Source: an uncultured SAR86 cluster bacterium (lineage in GTDB: Bacteria > Pseudomonadota > Gammaproteobacteria > Magnimaribacterales > AG-339-G14). Taken from it: a DNA stretch of 64,000 nucleotides. This document shows positions 46,036 through 57,500 of this stretch, piece by piece. The position numbers were made by a program, and so were the translations under genes. Positions within the stretch are counted from its first letter, which is position 1, and every line of letters starts with the position of its first letter. The notes under the pieces were generated by a model. It was not told the origin of the DNA. It did no database searches and saw nothing but the letters and a program-made list of their open reading frames with translations. The stretch spans positions 285,649 through 349,648 of the forward strand of contig CACEVU010000001.1 of assembly GCA_902563105.1 (NCBI GenBank). The letters are read 5' to 3'.

Positions 46036-46875
46036 CTAGAGATGTTCAATCAACAAAGTAGGAACGTCTGCACAGTGAGATTTTATTGTGGCTACAAGAG
46101 TTTTTGGTTTTCTGCCATCTTTGATATCTGTAACATTTACACCTGCGTCAACTAATCTCTTATGAGTTTTTTTTATATTTCTTGTTGTCCAAGCTAAACC
46201 CCACAAAGAATCTTCTGCAGGACCATCTTTTTTTATACCAATTGCCTCAATAGTAGTATGGTCAGTTCTAAAAAAGAGCATTCTGCCTCCCCATTTTTCT
46301 ACAAATTGGTCTAAAGCAAGTCTGATCCCATATTTATCGCCGTAAAGGTCTACCAAACCGTCAGGATCATTAGAATTAATGACCACATGATCCATTCTGG
46401 AAATATTTGATTCGTCAGAAATATCATGTTCAGGAAGAATTCCTTTTGTGTGTTGAATTAAAAGGGTAAAAATTCCTCTTGAAAACTTCTTAGGTATAAA
46501 AATGTTTCTCCAGTGTCTTTCATCTTTCGAAATATTATTTACACCTTTTCCATCTGATATTTCTAAATCTGTATTAAAGCTCGCCGAAAGTTCATTTTTA
46601 GCAAGTTCGATGTTATCTGTTTCCAAGGCTAGGCCAAAAATACTTTCTCCATTTTTTTTTAGATGCTCGTTAACGGTTTTTGCAAGGGGACCCTCATGAT
46701 CAATAGCAATCAATTCCAAATACATGTTTTCCAGAGGAAATAAGGCATTTTTTGTTCCTAAGGAAGGATGGTTTCCTTGCCAGGTAGGACCAAAACCAAA
46801 AACTAGAGAGTAGTCTCTAACAGCTTTTTCTAAATCTTTAACAGCAACTAGTATGTGATCGATAGATTTAATCAT
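46036..46875 (-). CDS. VOC (glyoxalase/bleomycin-resistance/dioxygenase) family protein, two-domain
   Basis: IDHILVAVKDLEKAVRDY and MDHVVINSNDPDGLVDLY each start a VOC-type beta-alpha-beta-beta-beta module. Confidence 0.65.
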   Translation of the reverse strand: MIKSIDHILVAVKDLEKAVRDYSLVFGFGPTWQGNHPSLGTKNALFPLENMYLELIAIDHEGPLAKTVNEHLKKNGESIFGLALETDNIELAKNELSASFNTDLEISDGKGVNNISKDERHWRNIFIPKKFSRGIFTLLIQHTKGILPEHDISDESNISRMDHVVINSNDPDGLVDLYGDKYGIRLALDQFVEKWGGRMLFFRTDHTTIEAIGIKKDGPAEDSLWGLAWTTRNIKKTHKRLVDAGVNVTDIKDGRKPKTLVATIKSHCADVPTLLIEHL

Positions 46876-46959
46876 ATGCTTTTTATTATTTTGACATATA
46901 GGGTGTCAAAGTTTTTAAAAACTTGTTAATATTTTTTTTCTTAAATCAAGAGGATATAT

Positions 46960-48216
46960 ATGGAATTTCAACATACGGATAAAGTCAAAGACTTATTAGA
47001 AAGAGTTACTAAATTTATGGACGATCATGTTTATGAGGGGGAGAAATTATACGCTGATCAAATGACAGAATTTAGAAATCAAGGAAATCCTTGGCAAGTC
47101 CCTCCAGTATTAGACGAACTTAAAGCTAAAGCAAAAGCTGAAGGTTTGTGGAACTTATTTTTACCTGACTCTCAATGGGGTCCGGGATTAACTAACCTTG
47201 AATATGCTCCCTTATCAGAGCAAATGGGAAGATGTGGAATAGCATCAGAGGTCTTCAATTGCTCAGCTCCAGATACTGGAAATATGGAAGTAATAGATAA
47301 ATATGGAAACCCTGAGCAACAAGAACGATGGTTAAAACCTTTGCTTGATGGAGAAATCAGATCAGCGTTTGGAATGACAGAACCAAACGTTGCTTCATCC
47401 GATGCAACCAATATTGGTAGCACAATTGAAGATAAAGGGGATAAGTATGTTATCAATGGAGAAAAATGGTGGACATCAGGAGCTGGAGATCCTAGGTGTA
47501 AGATAATCATCTTTATGGGAGTTACTAATCCAGATAACCCTAAACACCAAAGACAATCTCAAATTCTTGTTCCAATGGATACTCCTGGAGTAGAAGTTTT
47601 AAGAATGATGACTGTCTTTGGAAATGATGATGCACCACATGGACATGCTCACATGAAGTTCACAGATGTCGAAGTTCCTAAAGAAAACTTACTTTTAGGC
47701 GAAGGCAGAGGTTTTGAAATAGCACAAGGCCGTCTGGGTCCTGGAAGAATTCATCACTGCATGCGAACAATCGGAGCTGCAGAAAGAGCTTTAGACTTGT
47801 TGTGCAAGAGATCTTTAAACAGAACTGCATTTGGAAAAACTCTATCTGAATTAGGTGGAAACTATGATGTCATTGCAGATTGTAGAATTGAAATTGACAT
47901 GTGCCGCCTTTTAACTTTAAAGGCAGCATACATGATGGATACAGTTGGCAATAAGATTGCTAAGAGTGAAATTGCACAAATAAAAGTTGCCGTTCCGAAT
48001 ATGGCTCTTAGGGTAATCGATAAGGCTATTCAGATGCATGGCGGTGCAGGCGTATCCCAAGATACACCTCTGGCAAGGCTTTATGCCGGAATGAGAACTC
48101 TTCGTTTAGCTGATGGCCCAGATGAAGTGCACAGAAGAACTGTTGCTAGATTAGAACTTGGAAAACATCAAGCTGATAAGGCTAAGGCAGAAGAATATAT
48201 AGGCAGACCAAGTTAA
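46960..48216 (+). CDS. Acyl-CoA dehydrogenase, ACAD10/11-like (FadE) type
   Basis: [57 protein letters not shown]. Confidence 0.85.
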   Translation: MEFQHTDKVKDLLERVTKFMDDHVYEGEKLYADQMTEFRNQGNPWQVPPVLDELKAKAKAEGLWNLFLPDSQWGPGLTNLEYAPLSEQMGRCGIASEVFNCSAPDTGNMEVIDKYGNPEQQERWLKPLLDGEIRSAFGMTEPNVASSDATNIGSTIEDKGDKYVINGEKWWTSGAGDPRCKIIIFMGVTNPDNPKHQRQSQILVPMDTPGVEVLRMMTVFGNDDAPHGHAHMKFTDVEVPKENLLLGEGRGFEIAQGRLGPGRIHHCMRTIGAAERALDLLCKRSLNRTAFGKTLSELGGNYDVIADCRIEIDMCRLLTLKAAYMMDTVGNKIAKSEIAQIKVAVPNMALRVIDKAIQMHGGAGVSQDTPLARLYAGMRTLRLADGPDEVHRRTVARLELGKHQADKAKAEEYIGRPS

Positions 48217-48222
48217 TCATCC

Positions 48223-49230
48223 ATGACTGATCATACGACGTATGGATTAGTCTGTTCAGAACTCTCCGAAGATTTGTCAAAAACAAATTTAGGAGAGCTT
48301 CGTCTAGATTTATTTGAAAAAAATTCAGTAAAAATAAAAATTAAGGCCGCTTCACTTAATTTTCCTGATCTGCTAATGACGCAGGGAAAATACCAAAATA
48401 AACCTAATCTTCCTTTTGCTTTAGGAATGGAAGGAGCTGGCATCATTGAAAAACTTGGATCAGATGTCCTTCACCTTAAAGAGGGTGATGAGGTTATGTT
48501 CGGTGGATGGGGGCATGGAGCAATTGCAAAATCTATTATTCTTCCCTCTAATTTAGTTTCTTTGAAACCTAAATCGCTAAATTTTTCTGAAGCAGCTTCA
48601 TTCAAAACAGCTTATTTAACTGCTTATGTTGGACTCATCAGAAGAGGAGAGCTAAAACAGGGTGAGACTTTGTTAGTTCATGGAGCTTCTGGAGGTGTTG
48701 GGATGGCAGCAGTTCAAATGGGAAAACTCTATGGAGCAAAGGTTATAGCAAGCGGTACATCCGACGAAAAACTCAAAATAGTAAAAACCTGGGGAGCTGA
48801 TGAGGTAATAAATACCGGACTAGAAGGTTCAGTATCTTTTCGTGAAGAAGTAAAACAATTAACCGAAAATAAAGGCGCTGATGTAATTTATGATCCGGTT
48901 GGTGGAGATGTTTTTGATGAATCGATCAGATGTATAAATTGGGGCGGGAGATTATTAATTATTGGTTTCACAAGTGGCAGAATACCCAGTGTTCCAGTAA
49001 ATTACCCTTTAATAAAAGGGTTTTCAGTTATAGGTGTTAGAGCCGGAGAATTTGGCAGAAGAGATCCTGAAAAAGGGAAAGAAAATAATGAAATCATCAT
49101 GGAATTAGCTCAATCTGGAAAACTCAAACCATACATCTGTAAAGAGTTTTCTTTGGAGAATGCTAAAGATGGCCTTAAGTATTTAAAAGATCGTAAATTA
49201 GTTGGTAAAGTTACAGTTACTATGTCTTAG
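48223..49230 (+). CDS. NADPH:quinone oxidoreductase / zinc-type alcohol dehydrogenase-like (MDR family)
   Basis: [25 protein letters not shown] cofactor-binding motif, GKVTV C-terminus. Confidence 0.8.
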   Translation: MTDHTTYGLVCSELSEDLSKTNLGELRLDLFEKNSVKIKIKAASLNFPDLLMTQGKYQNKPNLPFALGMEGAGIIEKLGSDVLHLKEGDEVMFGGWGHGAIAKSIILPSNLVSLKPKSLNFSEAASFKTAYLTAYVGLIRRGELKQGETLLVHGASGGVGMAAVQMGKLYGAKVIASGTSDEKLKIVKTWGADEVINTGLEGSVSFREEVKQLTENKGADVIYDPVGGDVFDESIRCINWGGRLLIIGFTSGRIPSVPVNYPLIKGFSVIGVRAGEFGRRDPEKGKENNEIIMELAQSGKLKPYICKEFSLENAKDGLKYLKDRKLVGKVTVTMS

Positions 49231-49351
49231 GCTTATTTCTTCTGCAACGTTCACTACAATACAAAACGTCTTCCCAATCTCGCTCCCACTTTTTTCGCCA
49301 TGTAAAAGGCTTCTTACAAACCTTACATATTTTTTCTTCTCGGTTTTTCAT
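49220..49351 (-). CDS. DUF2256-family small zinc-ribbon-like protein (43 aa, not in the ORF track)
   Basis: My translation is [43 protein letters not shown]. The CxxC...CxxxC pattern and WRKKW core match my recollection of DUF2256. Its ATG overlaps the photolyase stop (ATGA). Confidence 0.7.
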   Translation of the reverse strand: MKNREEKICKVCKKPFTWRKKWERDWEDVLYCSERCRRNKPKT

Positions 49352-50838
49352 AGAGAATTTTTTTTAATAAAATCTTCGGCAAGACCAAAAATTCTTTCTT
49401 TTCTTTCAGGATCCATTTTATCGAGAGATCTTGTTAAAATTGAAAGTCTTGGATTTGATTCATAAAAATTACGATGTTTTTCAGTAAATCTCCAATACAA
49501 TCCATCTAAAATTTCGCACCAAGGACCTTTCTTATAATTACTCATTTTCAGAACATAATTAGAGCCACAAGTGTAAGGTTTTGTAGACATAATCCCTCCG
49601 TCAGCGAAAGTCCCCATTCCAAATACGTTTGGAACCATTACCCACTCTGAAGAGTCTACAAACATCTCCATAAACCATCTATATATTTCTCTTGGATCAA
49701 TTTCACATAAAGTAAGAATATTCGATAAGATCATTAATCTTGGAATATGATGCGTATAACCGTATTGATTAACCATGCTTATGACATCATCCAGCGGAGT
49801 TAAGCCAGTAGTTCCATCATACCAATTGCAATTAAGCTTATTTGAATGATTCCAATAGTTACTACCGAGTTCTATATCACTTTTTTCTTGATAGACTCCT
49901 CTTATAAACTCTCTCCAACCAATAATCTGTCTTATAAAACCTTCTAAAGAATTCAATGGAATATCGTTCTCCTTTGCAAATTTTATCGTAGTATTTACAA
50001 CTTCTAACGGAGATAGAAGTCCTACATTAAGCAGTGGAGAAAGCATACTATGGAATAAAAAATTTTCTTGTTCTTGCATGGCATCTTCATAAGTGCCAAA
50101 AAATTTAAATCTGTCTTGTAAAAAATTTTTAAGATTTTTTTTTGCATCCTTTCTATTATCAGGAAGCCATGATTTTAATATTCCAGGATGATCATCAAAA
50201 TATATTTTTATATCTTTGGCCACAGCTTCGCCATGAATATTATTTTTAAATAAATTTACCTTAGGAAGTTCTAAATCTTTAGGAATTTTTTTTCTATTTT
50301 CTTCGTCAAAGGACCATTTACCTCCGACTGGCTTACCATCATTGATCAGAATATTTAAATCTTTCCTCATTAATTGATAAAAACCAACCATCCGCAAATT
50401 TTTCTTATCTTTTGCAAAATTTTTGAATTTTTCTCTACTGCATAAAAACATCGGAGATTGAATTACTTCAAAATCTATTTCTTTTTTTTCTAAAAAATGA
50501 TGAATTTTTTTTTCAAAAAACTTATCTTCAATTTCGAAAAATTTTATTTTTTTAAATTTTTGTTTGTATAAAAAATCTTCTAAAAGCTCGATGAAGTCTT
50601 TATTTTTGTTTTTTAACTCAAGTTGGTTATAAAAAACTCTATATCCATGATCTTCCATTTCATCTTTGAAAGAGCGCATTGCACTTAAATAGAAAAATAA
50701 TTTTTGCTTGTGATATTTTTCTTCTGTGCAGAGGCCAAAGTCCTCAGCCATGAAAATATTCTTTGAACTGGCTTGAGATATGTATTTTTTATCAAAAAGT
50801 TGATTGCCAAGAATAATTAATAAAGTATCATTTTCCAT
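49348..50838 (-). CDS. Cryptochrome/photolyase-family protein of the PhrB / CryPro (prokaryotic 6-4 photolyase-like, COG3046) type
   Basis: Collinear with Agrobacterium PhrB as I recall it: [88 protein letters not shown]. Confidence 0.8.
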   Translation of the reverse strand: MENDTLLIILGNQLFDKKYISQASSKNIFMAEDFGLCTEEKYHKQKLFFYLSAMRSFKDEMEDHGYRVFYNQLELKNKNKDFIELLEDFLYKQKFKKIKFFEIEDKFFEKKIHHFLEKKEIDFEVIQSPMFLCSREKFKNFAKDKKNLRMVGFYQLMRKDLNILINDGKPVGGKWSFDEENRKKIPKDLELPKVNLFKNNIHGEAVAKDIKIYFDDHPGILKSWLPDNRKDAKKNLKNFLQDRFKFFGTYEDAMQEQENFLFHSMLSPLLNVGLLSPLEVVNTTIKFAKENDIPLNSLEGFIRQIIGWREFIRGVYQEKSDIELGSNYWNHSNKLNCNWYDGTTGLTPLDDVISMVNQYGYTHHIPRLMILSNILTLCEIDPREIYRWFMEMFVDSSEWVMVPNVFGMGTFADGGIMSTKPYTCGSNYVLKMSNYKKGPWCEILDGLYWRFTEKHRNFYESNPRLSILTRSLDKMDPERKERIFGLAEDFIKKNSL

Positions 50839-50904
50839 TCTTTTAATTTACTTTATTTAATAGAGATATTATCAATTAATAACTATTCATTATTTTAATA
50901 GGCA

Positions 50905-51375
50905 ATGAAAACTAAATTCCCTTATCTTGGAGCAGAAAAAAAAGTTACAGAAGATATGTGTGATTTAAATGGTCACATGAATGTGACTTTTTACACCAAA
51001 ATTTTTGAAGAAGGATCCTATGATCTTTTCAATAAATTGGGAATGGGATTTGATTATATCGAATCGGGTTTTAGCACATTTACTCTTGAGCAAAATCTTA
51101 GATATGTGAAAGAAAATTTGCTCGGAGATAAGATTTCAACTCATTATCGAATTGTCAATGTAAATAGAAAGCTGATTCATCATGTAGGAATATTGCTTAA
51201 CAATGATGATGAATTGAGTGCTATTGAAGAAATTCTTTTGATTCATATTGATATGAAAAAAAGAAAGTCATGTCCTATGCCAGATGAAAATTTCAATAAG
51301 ATTTTACAAATGAAAGAAGAAAATGATGCTTTAGGCGATTTAGATTTTGATTTAAGGTTTAATATTAAAAGTTAA
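50905..51375 (+). CDS. Acyl-CoA thioesterase, hotdog-fold (4HBT/YbgC-like)
   Basis: VTEDMCDLNGHMNVTFYTKIFEEGS matches the 4HBT-family D..GHV.N..Y pattern. 156 aa. Confidence 0.65.
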   Translation: MKTKFPYLGAEKKVTEDMCDLNGHMNVTFYTKIFEEGSYDLFNKLGMGFDYIESGFSTFTLEQNLRYVKENLLGDKISTHYRIVNVNRKLIHHVGILLNNDDELSAIEEILLIHIDMKKRKSCPMPDENFNKILQMKEENDALGDLDFDLRFNIKS

Positions 51376-52139
51376 TTGCCAGTAAATTCAGGATCTCTTC
51401 TTTCCAAAGACGCTTTTATTCCTTCTTTAAAATCTTCAGTTTCTCTCAACCTATTTTGTTCAGAAAGCTCCCACTTTACAATCTTTTCAATTTTTTCTAC
51501 GGTATCGCCTTTTATAGTTTCTCTAATTGCTTGAACACCAAGAGGGCCGGCTGCATTAATTTCCGATGCTAGGACTTCCGCTTTAGACATCAACTCATCT
51601 TGGGGAACTAGGAAATCTGCTAAACCAATTTCTAATGCCTCCTTGCCCTTTACTCTAGCGCTTGTAAGCAACATCCATTTTGCCTTCTGATTTCCCACCA
51701 CTCTAGGAAGTGTAATTGTTGTGCCAAAACCTTGATGAAAAGCTAGTTTAGAAAAATTAGCACTGAATCTAGATTCTTCACAAGCAATCCTAAAATCTGC
51801 TGATAAGGATACGCCTAAACCACCCCCAACAGCAGCTCCTTGAATAATCGCAATAACTGGTTTTTTTGTTTTAAATAATCTCACTGCCTCTTGATAAAGT
51901 CTTTCATAAGGATCAGATTCTTCTTTGTATGAAGACCTAGTAAAATCAGCCCCAGCACAGAAATGTTTGCCTTCAGAAGACAAAATAATACTTCTACAGC
52001 TTGGTTCTTGGTCCATTTCTTCAAAGAAATCAGCAATTTGAGCAATAAGCTCTGCATCAAAATGATTATTTGGCGGTCTGTTAATAGATACATAGCCAAT
52101 ATTATTTTCTAATTTAGTTATAAGGTCTTTATTACTCAT
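51372..52139 (-). CDS. Enoyl-CoA hydratase/isomerase family protein
   Basis: SSEGKHFCAGADF, AIIQGAAVGGGLGV, 255 aa crotonase fold. Confidence 0.85.
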   Translation of the reverse strand: MSNKDLITKLENNIGYVSINRPPNNHFDAELIAQIADFFEEMDQEPSCRSIILSSEGKHFCAGADFTRSSYKEESDPYERLYQEAVRLFKTKKPVIAIIQGAAVGGGLGVSLSADFRIACEESRFSANFSKLAFHQGFGTTITLPRVVGNQKAKWMLLTSARVKGKEALEIGLADFLVPQDELMSKAEVLASEINAAGPLGVQAIRETIKGDTVEKIEKIVKWELSEQNRLRETEDFKEGIKASLERRDPEFTGN

Positions 52140-52215
52140 GATGAATTAAGTCTAACACGAAGAATTTAAAGTAAAATGAACATAAATTGTTTTTAACTAT
52201 CAAACTGTTTAGAAG

Positions 52216-52422
52216 ATGAAACTTATTAAAAATATTATTTCAAAAATTGATGTCACTCTTTTTGTTATCTATGGATTTTTAGGTTTTGGCAGTATGTATA
52301 TAGCTAGTTTCATTAGAAGTGTTACAAAACTAAATTTTTGGGCCGAGTTATTAATCTGCTTTCTCATTATCTCCCCAATATATTTTTTAGTGAGAGTACT
52401 TAAGAAAAAATACTCAAGCTAA
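52216..52422 (+). CDS. Hypothetical small membrane protein (68 aa, 2 TM)
   Basis: Two hydrophobic segments. It is the only ORF in the gap, with a TAATG junction to the next ORF. Confidence 0.45.
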   Translation: MKLIKNIISKIDVTLFVIYGFLGFGSMYIASFIRSVTKLNFWAELLICFLIISPIYFLVRVLKKKYSS

Positions 52423-52640
52423 TGTTAAGGATTCTAATTATTTTTTTACTTTTGATAGGAGTCATCATGATATTTTCATATCTCACTACTTATTTAGTTC
52501 AAAAATTTGGAAAACTTATAGCGATCACTTCTTTAATCTCTATTGGCATTATTATTTCTGCAATTATTATTGCTCATGAAGATGGATGTGTAGTCGAAGC
52601 TGACGGCCTTAATGCTTCAAAAGTATGCTGGATAAAATGA
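52422..52640 (+). CDS. Hypothetical small membrane protein (72 aa, 2 TM, Cys-containing tail)
   Basis: Two hydrophobic segments, then HEDGCVVEADGLNASKVCWIK. Overlaps the rhodanese gene start. Confidence 0.45.
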   Translation: MLRILIIFLLLIGVIMIFSYLTTYLVQKFGKLIAITSLISIGIIISAIIIAHEDGCVVEADGLNASKVCWIK

Positions 52641-52993
52641 AAACATTTCAAGAATTAGTTCAAGAATCTCTTAAAACCATTTCGGAAATTGATATTTTTC
52701 AATTGAAAGAAAAAATAGATCACAATAAAGACATAAAGCTCATAGATATAAGAGAAGATCGGGAGTGGGTTTCAGGAAGAATTCCTACTTCCCACCATAT
52801 TAGTAGAGGGGTTCTAGAAAAAGGCATATCAGAAGTTGCTAGCAGTGAGGATGAAATAATTCTTTATTGTGCGAGTGGCTTTAGATCTGTTTTAGGCTCT
52901 AAATCTCTCAAAGAAATGGGCTATGAAAACGTATTTTCTCTAAAAGGTGGAATTTCAGACTGGATTTCATCCGGTTTCGAAATTGAAGAATAA
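52625..52993 (+). CDS. Rhodanese-domain sulfurtransferase
   Basis: Single rhodanese domain with active-site loop YCASGFRS. An alternative start at ATG 52637 (MKTFQELV) would give an ATGA junction with the upstream ORF. Confidence 0.8.
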   Translation: MLDKMKTFQELVQESLKTISEIDIFQLKEKIDHNKDIKLIDIREDREWVSGRIPTSHHISRGVLEKGISEVASSEDEIILYCASGFRSVLGSKSLKEMGYENVFSLKGGISDWISSGFEIEE

Positions 52994-53030
52994 TTTTCAA
53001 TGATAAAATAAAGGAACTATAATTAATAAA

Positions 53031-54497
53031 ATGAAGGAAGAAATTTTAGATGTTTTAATCGTTGGCTCTGGTATCTCTGGTATTGGTGCAGGGGCTCATT
53101 TAAGTATGAAATGTCCTAACAAAAAATACTTAATCCTAGAAGGCAGAGAAAATTTTGGGGGAACCTGGGATCTCTTTAAATATCCTGGAATTAGATCTGA
53201 TTCAGACATGCATACTCTTGGATTCAGCTTCAAACCTTGGGAAAACAAAAAATCCATTGCCGACGCTAATTCCATAATGGATTATCTTGAAGAAACAATT
53301 CAAGAATACGAACTTACTGATAAAATTCGTTACAAACACTATGTCCATTCAGCCGACTGGTCATCTACAGAAAATATCTGGACTTTAACTGTTGAAGATA
53401 AAAGCTCAGGTGAAACCAAAGTATTCAAATCCTCTTTCTTATACATGTGTGCAGGCTATTACAGTTACAAAGGCGGTCATCTTCCTGAATTTAAAGGCAG
53501 GGATGATTTTCAAGGGGAAATAATTCACCCTCAAGAATGGCCTGAAAATTTTGAATACGAAGATAAAAACATAATTGTTATTGGCAGTGGGGCTACTGCA
53601 GCCACTATTGTTCCGGCTATGTCAAAAAAAGCAAAACACGTAACGATGCTGCAAAGATCGCCTACCTATTATGCTTCTGCTCCAGACGAAGACTCAATGG
53701 CACTTTTTATGAATAAATTTTTGCCTAAGCGTTTCGTATACAGTTTTATCAGATTAAGAAATGTACTTTTCCAGCAATGGATATATAAACGAGCACGAGC
53801 TTTCCCGGAGAGAATTAAAGAATTTCTTCTCAACAGAGTTAAAGAAGAATTGCCAAATTACAATATAGAGAAACATTTTACCCCTTCTTATAATCCTTGG
53901 GAGCAAAGGTTATGTTTGGTTCCCAATAGTGATCTTTTTGAGGCAATCAGAGAAAAAGAAGTGTCCATTGTAACTGATCATATTGAAAAATTTACTCCGG
54001 AAGGTATTGAACTTAAATCTGGTGATCACTTAAAAGCAGATGTCATTATTACTGCTACTGGAATCGTTTTAGAAAATTTTGGTGGAATCAAAATAAATGT
54101 CGATGATGCCTTGGTACAAGTCTCAGATACCATGACTTATAAGAGCATGATGTATAGCGGTATTCCTAATTTTGTAAACTGTTTTGGCTACATAAACGCT
54201 TCATGGACTTTAAAAGCAGACATTACCAGCGAATACGTTTGTCGTTTAATCAAATATATGGATAAGAAAAAATTTAAAAAATGTTGTCCAGAAATTCCTT
54301 CTGACGTTGAAGAATCAAAAGATTGGCTTTCAGACTGGTCTTCTGGATATATTCAAAGATCTATTCATAAGTTTGCCAAACAAGGTAACAAAAAACCTTG
54401 GGTAAATTATCAAGATTATCTTAAAGATTGGTTTGACGTAAAATTTGGAAAAATGGAAGACGGTAACCTGCAGTTTTCAAACACAAAATCTGAATAA
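53031..54497 (+). CDS. Flavin-dependent (Baeyer-Villiger-type) monooxygenase
   Basis: FAD motif VGSGISGIGAG, BVMO fingerprint FQGEIIHPQEWP, NADPH motif GSGATAAT. Confidence 0.8.
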   Translation: MKEEILDVLIVGSGISGIGAGAHLSMKCPNKKYLILEGRENFGGTWDLFKYPGIRSDSDMHTLGFSFKPWENKKSIADANSIMDYLEETIQEYELTDKIRYKHYVHSADWSSTENIWTLTVEDKSSGETKVFKSSFLYMCAGYYSYKGGHLPEFKGRDDFQGEIIHPQEWPENFEYEDKNIIVIGSGATAATIVPAMSKKAKHVTMLQRSPTYYASAPDEDSMALFMNKFLPKRFVYSFIRLRNVLFQQWIYKRARAFPERIKEFLLNRVKEELPNYNIEKHFTPSYNPWEQRLCLVPNSDLFEAIREKEVSIVTDHIEKFTPEGIELKSGDHLKADVIITATGIVLENFGGIKINVDDALVQVSDTMTYKSMMYSGIPNFVNCFGYINASWTLKADITSEYVCRLIKYMDKKKFKKCCPEIPSDVEESKDWLSDWSSGYIQRSIHKFAKQGNKKPWVNYQDYLKDWFDVKFGKMEDGNLQFSNTKSE

Positions 54498-54506
54498 TTT
54501 TTTTTT

Positions 54507-57500
54507 ATGATATCCAAACTCTTTATTTGGATATTTTCTGTCTTGATAGTTTCCTGTGGAGGCGGAGGCGGAGGCGGAGGTTCAAATGTTTCATCTTCCT
54601 TAACTACAACGAATAAAGAACACAATTTAAATATAACAGTTGTTGACGGTTACATTAAAAATTCAACTCTAACAGCTGAGTATATGACGCAGATTTATAC
54701 TGATAACAGAGATAGATGTTTAAGAAGATATAACCTTGATAGTAATCTAAATTATTTTTCTATCTTCGAAGAGCATTCATCTGTGAATGCAGGAAATTAT
54801 TCTCTTAGAACTCGAAATCCAGAATTTTTTGATGGCACATTTGAAGAGGGGACCACTAATTTTCGTATTACAGCTAAGGGTGGAATAGAAGTAGATTCAA
54901 ATAAAGCTATGCCTAATTTAAATTTGATTAATGATCAGGTTGACAGATACCTTCCAAATCAAACATCCTTTATCATTTCTCCATTAACTACTGCAGAGTA
55001 TTTTTTCAATAGAAATCTCAACAACTGCCAATGGAATCCTGTTAATGAAAAGATAAATAAAATTTTGGGCTTTTCTGAGTCTATAGATATTAACTTAGAA
55101 GATCCTTTAACAAATTTAAATGATCTTGATCGTATCAAAGTTTTTAATATTAATAATCAACTAACTTCTCTTGTTCTAGCTATGAATGAAATCAGAAATT
55201 ACGAAAATCCCGGGAACAAGAATTCTGATGAAATTTTTTTAATTCTTACTGATTATTTAGCCTCATCTTATAAATTAAATCCGAACCAGAGTTTAAGCTT
55301 AATATCTGAAGCAGTTCTAACAAATTTTTTGAATCTAGCTAGAACTGAGTTGCCTTTAGCCTTAGATCTTACTATCCAAGAGAAGCTCTTAGTCATGTTG
55401 AAAAATATGATGAAACTTATTCAATATAAGAATACTTATGATGCAAACATTAATCCATTAGCAACTAATGCTCTAACAAAATTTTCAAAAACTGTTTTTA
55501 TAGAAGACTTTTTTAAAGTATGGAGAAATATTGATAATGAAAATGTTTACCAATATTATGAAAATAATTTAGCGCAAAGAATTTCACAAATTTCAGGTGT
55601 AGATGAAAGTTATTTAAATTTTCTCATTAGAACTGAACCACTTTTTCTATCTACTCAAGAAGATGTTTCATTAACCATAAGCATTTTGGAAAATATCCAT
55701 TATGATTTTAATGAATCATTAACCATAACATTTCAGAATCCAACAAATGGAACTCTTACAAAAGATAATGCAAATGTCTTCACATATGTCCCAAATTCTA
55801 ATTTCAATGGTTTTGATTATTTTAACTATACAGTTCAACAAGGTCTTAATTCTCAAGATGGGTATGTTGGCATAAATGTTTCTCCTGTTGCGGATAAACC
55901 TGTTTTTTCAAATATTTCATCTCCAATAAATGTTTTAGAAGGTAGTACTTTTATCGCTAATATTAATGCCATAGATCCTGAAGGCGGCTCAATTTCTTAC
56001 AGTTTATCGGGTACTGATGCAGATAAGGTTACAATATCATCTTCAGGAGGAGCTTTAAATTTTAAAGAAGCCCCTAATTTTGATGTTAAGAATTCTTATA
56101 ATTTTTCTGTAATTGCTTCAAATTTAGTCGGACAAGCATCTCTCAACCTTGTTGTGAATATTCTGAATGATAATAGTCAAATCGATTTACTCATTTATTA
56201 CTCTTCAGACATGCTTACAAAATATTCATCAGAAGACAATGTTAGAACAAAAATGGAATATTTAGTAAGTTCTCTCAATAATTCTTTGGTAAGAAGTGAG
56301 GCTGATATATCTTTTAATTTACAAAAATTATTACCATATGACATTGATATTTCCAATCAAACAGCAGAACAAATTCTTAACGTTTCTAGAGAAAGAGCAA
56401 AAATCAAGCAAGATCAGATCTTTTATGGCGCAGATTATCATGTAATTATTTCTAGGTGGAATACTGAAAAAGGAACCACTTTGGGTTTAGCTTCTATAGA
56501 TAATGCAATTGATTCAACCGATTGGGATTTTTGGGCTGGAGCATTATCCAATTGGACAGCAGATCCAGACTGGCAGGAACTAGAGTGCACGATGTGTGTT
56601 CAAGATAAAGTATTCTCCCATGAATTGGGACATAATTTAGGCTCTGGTCACTGGCCTGGTTCATTGGGACAATCTTATGCTTTTGGGCACAGAGTAGATG
56701 GAAATTTAGATGGAGATTATTTAGACTCAGAAGACTGGGGAACGATAATGTCTTACAACGATATTTCTCCAGATTATTTTTCGAACCCTTCGGTTAATTG
56801 TAAAGTTGGAGAACCCTGTGGAGTATTGAACGTTAGTGACAATACCAGGTGGTTTGATTCATATGCTTCAAGATTTAGTAATATTCTTCCAGCTACTTTC
56901 CCCAATGATTCTGGTTCTGGATTCAAAATTAACCTTAAAAATTTCTTCCCGATGATTAATGGAGGCTCATCGATATATTCTAATGCAGGAAATCAAAGAA
57001 CATTTTCAATAACTTCTCTGGGAACTTATGACCATGGAGGTAACAGTTATAATATTTTTAAATGGGAAAATAGTGTTTCTGGACAATCAAAGATGGCTTT
57101 TCATTTTTATGAATTAAATGGCAGATATTATGTCATCAGGACTGATTACGAAGATGGCTATTATTTTTCCGGAGTAGACGAATATACACTCTATGACTCA
57201 ACTGGGACTGACCTTTGTACCTTTGCAGTACAAAATGGATTTATTGGACAAAATCTATCAAGAACTTGTAAAAATGCTTATGTAGGTGATCCCCCAATCT
57301 ATAATGACACATATCATTTTTCAAATTTTATTAAAGAAGAATCCATTACCGTTCCTTATGGAACATATAACGCAACAAAATATGTCTTTGCTTTATGGGA
57401 TAATTCACAAGAGCCTTCCTTTCTCCCTCCTTATTTAATGCATGTTATATTTTGGTTCAATAACGAAGTAGGCATTGTTCAATATCGAGATCACCTAGGA

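Noticed and set aside
46891-46909. Inverted repeat TTGACA-N7-TGTCAA in the divergent VOC/ACAD intergenic region, as a possible operator.
   Set aside because: The arms are 6 bp, one of them is simply a -35-like hexamer, and no regulator gene is adjacent. There is too little evidence to call it.
54416-54625. Antisense 69-aa ORF containing a poly-proline run.
   Set aside because: The Pro8 run is the complement of the Gly8-encoding (GGAGGC)n repeat of the lipoprotein gene, and nothing else supports the ORF.
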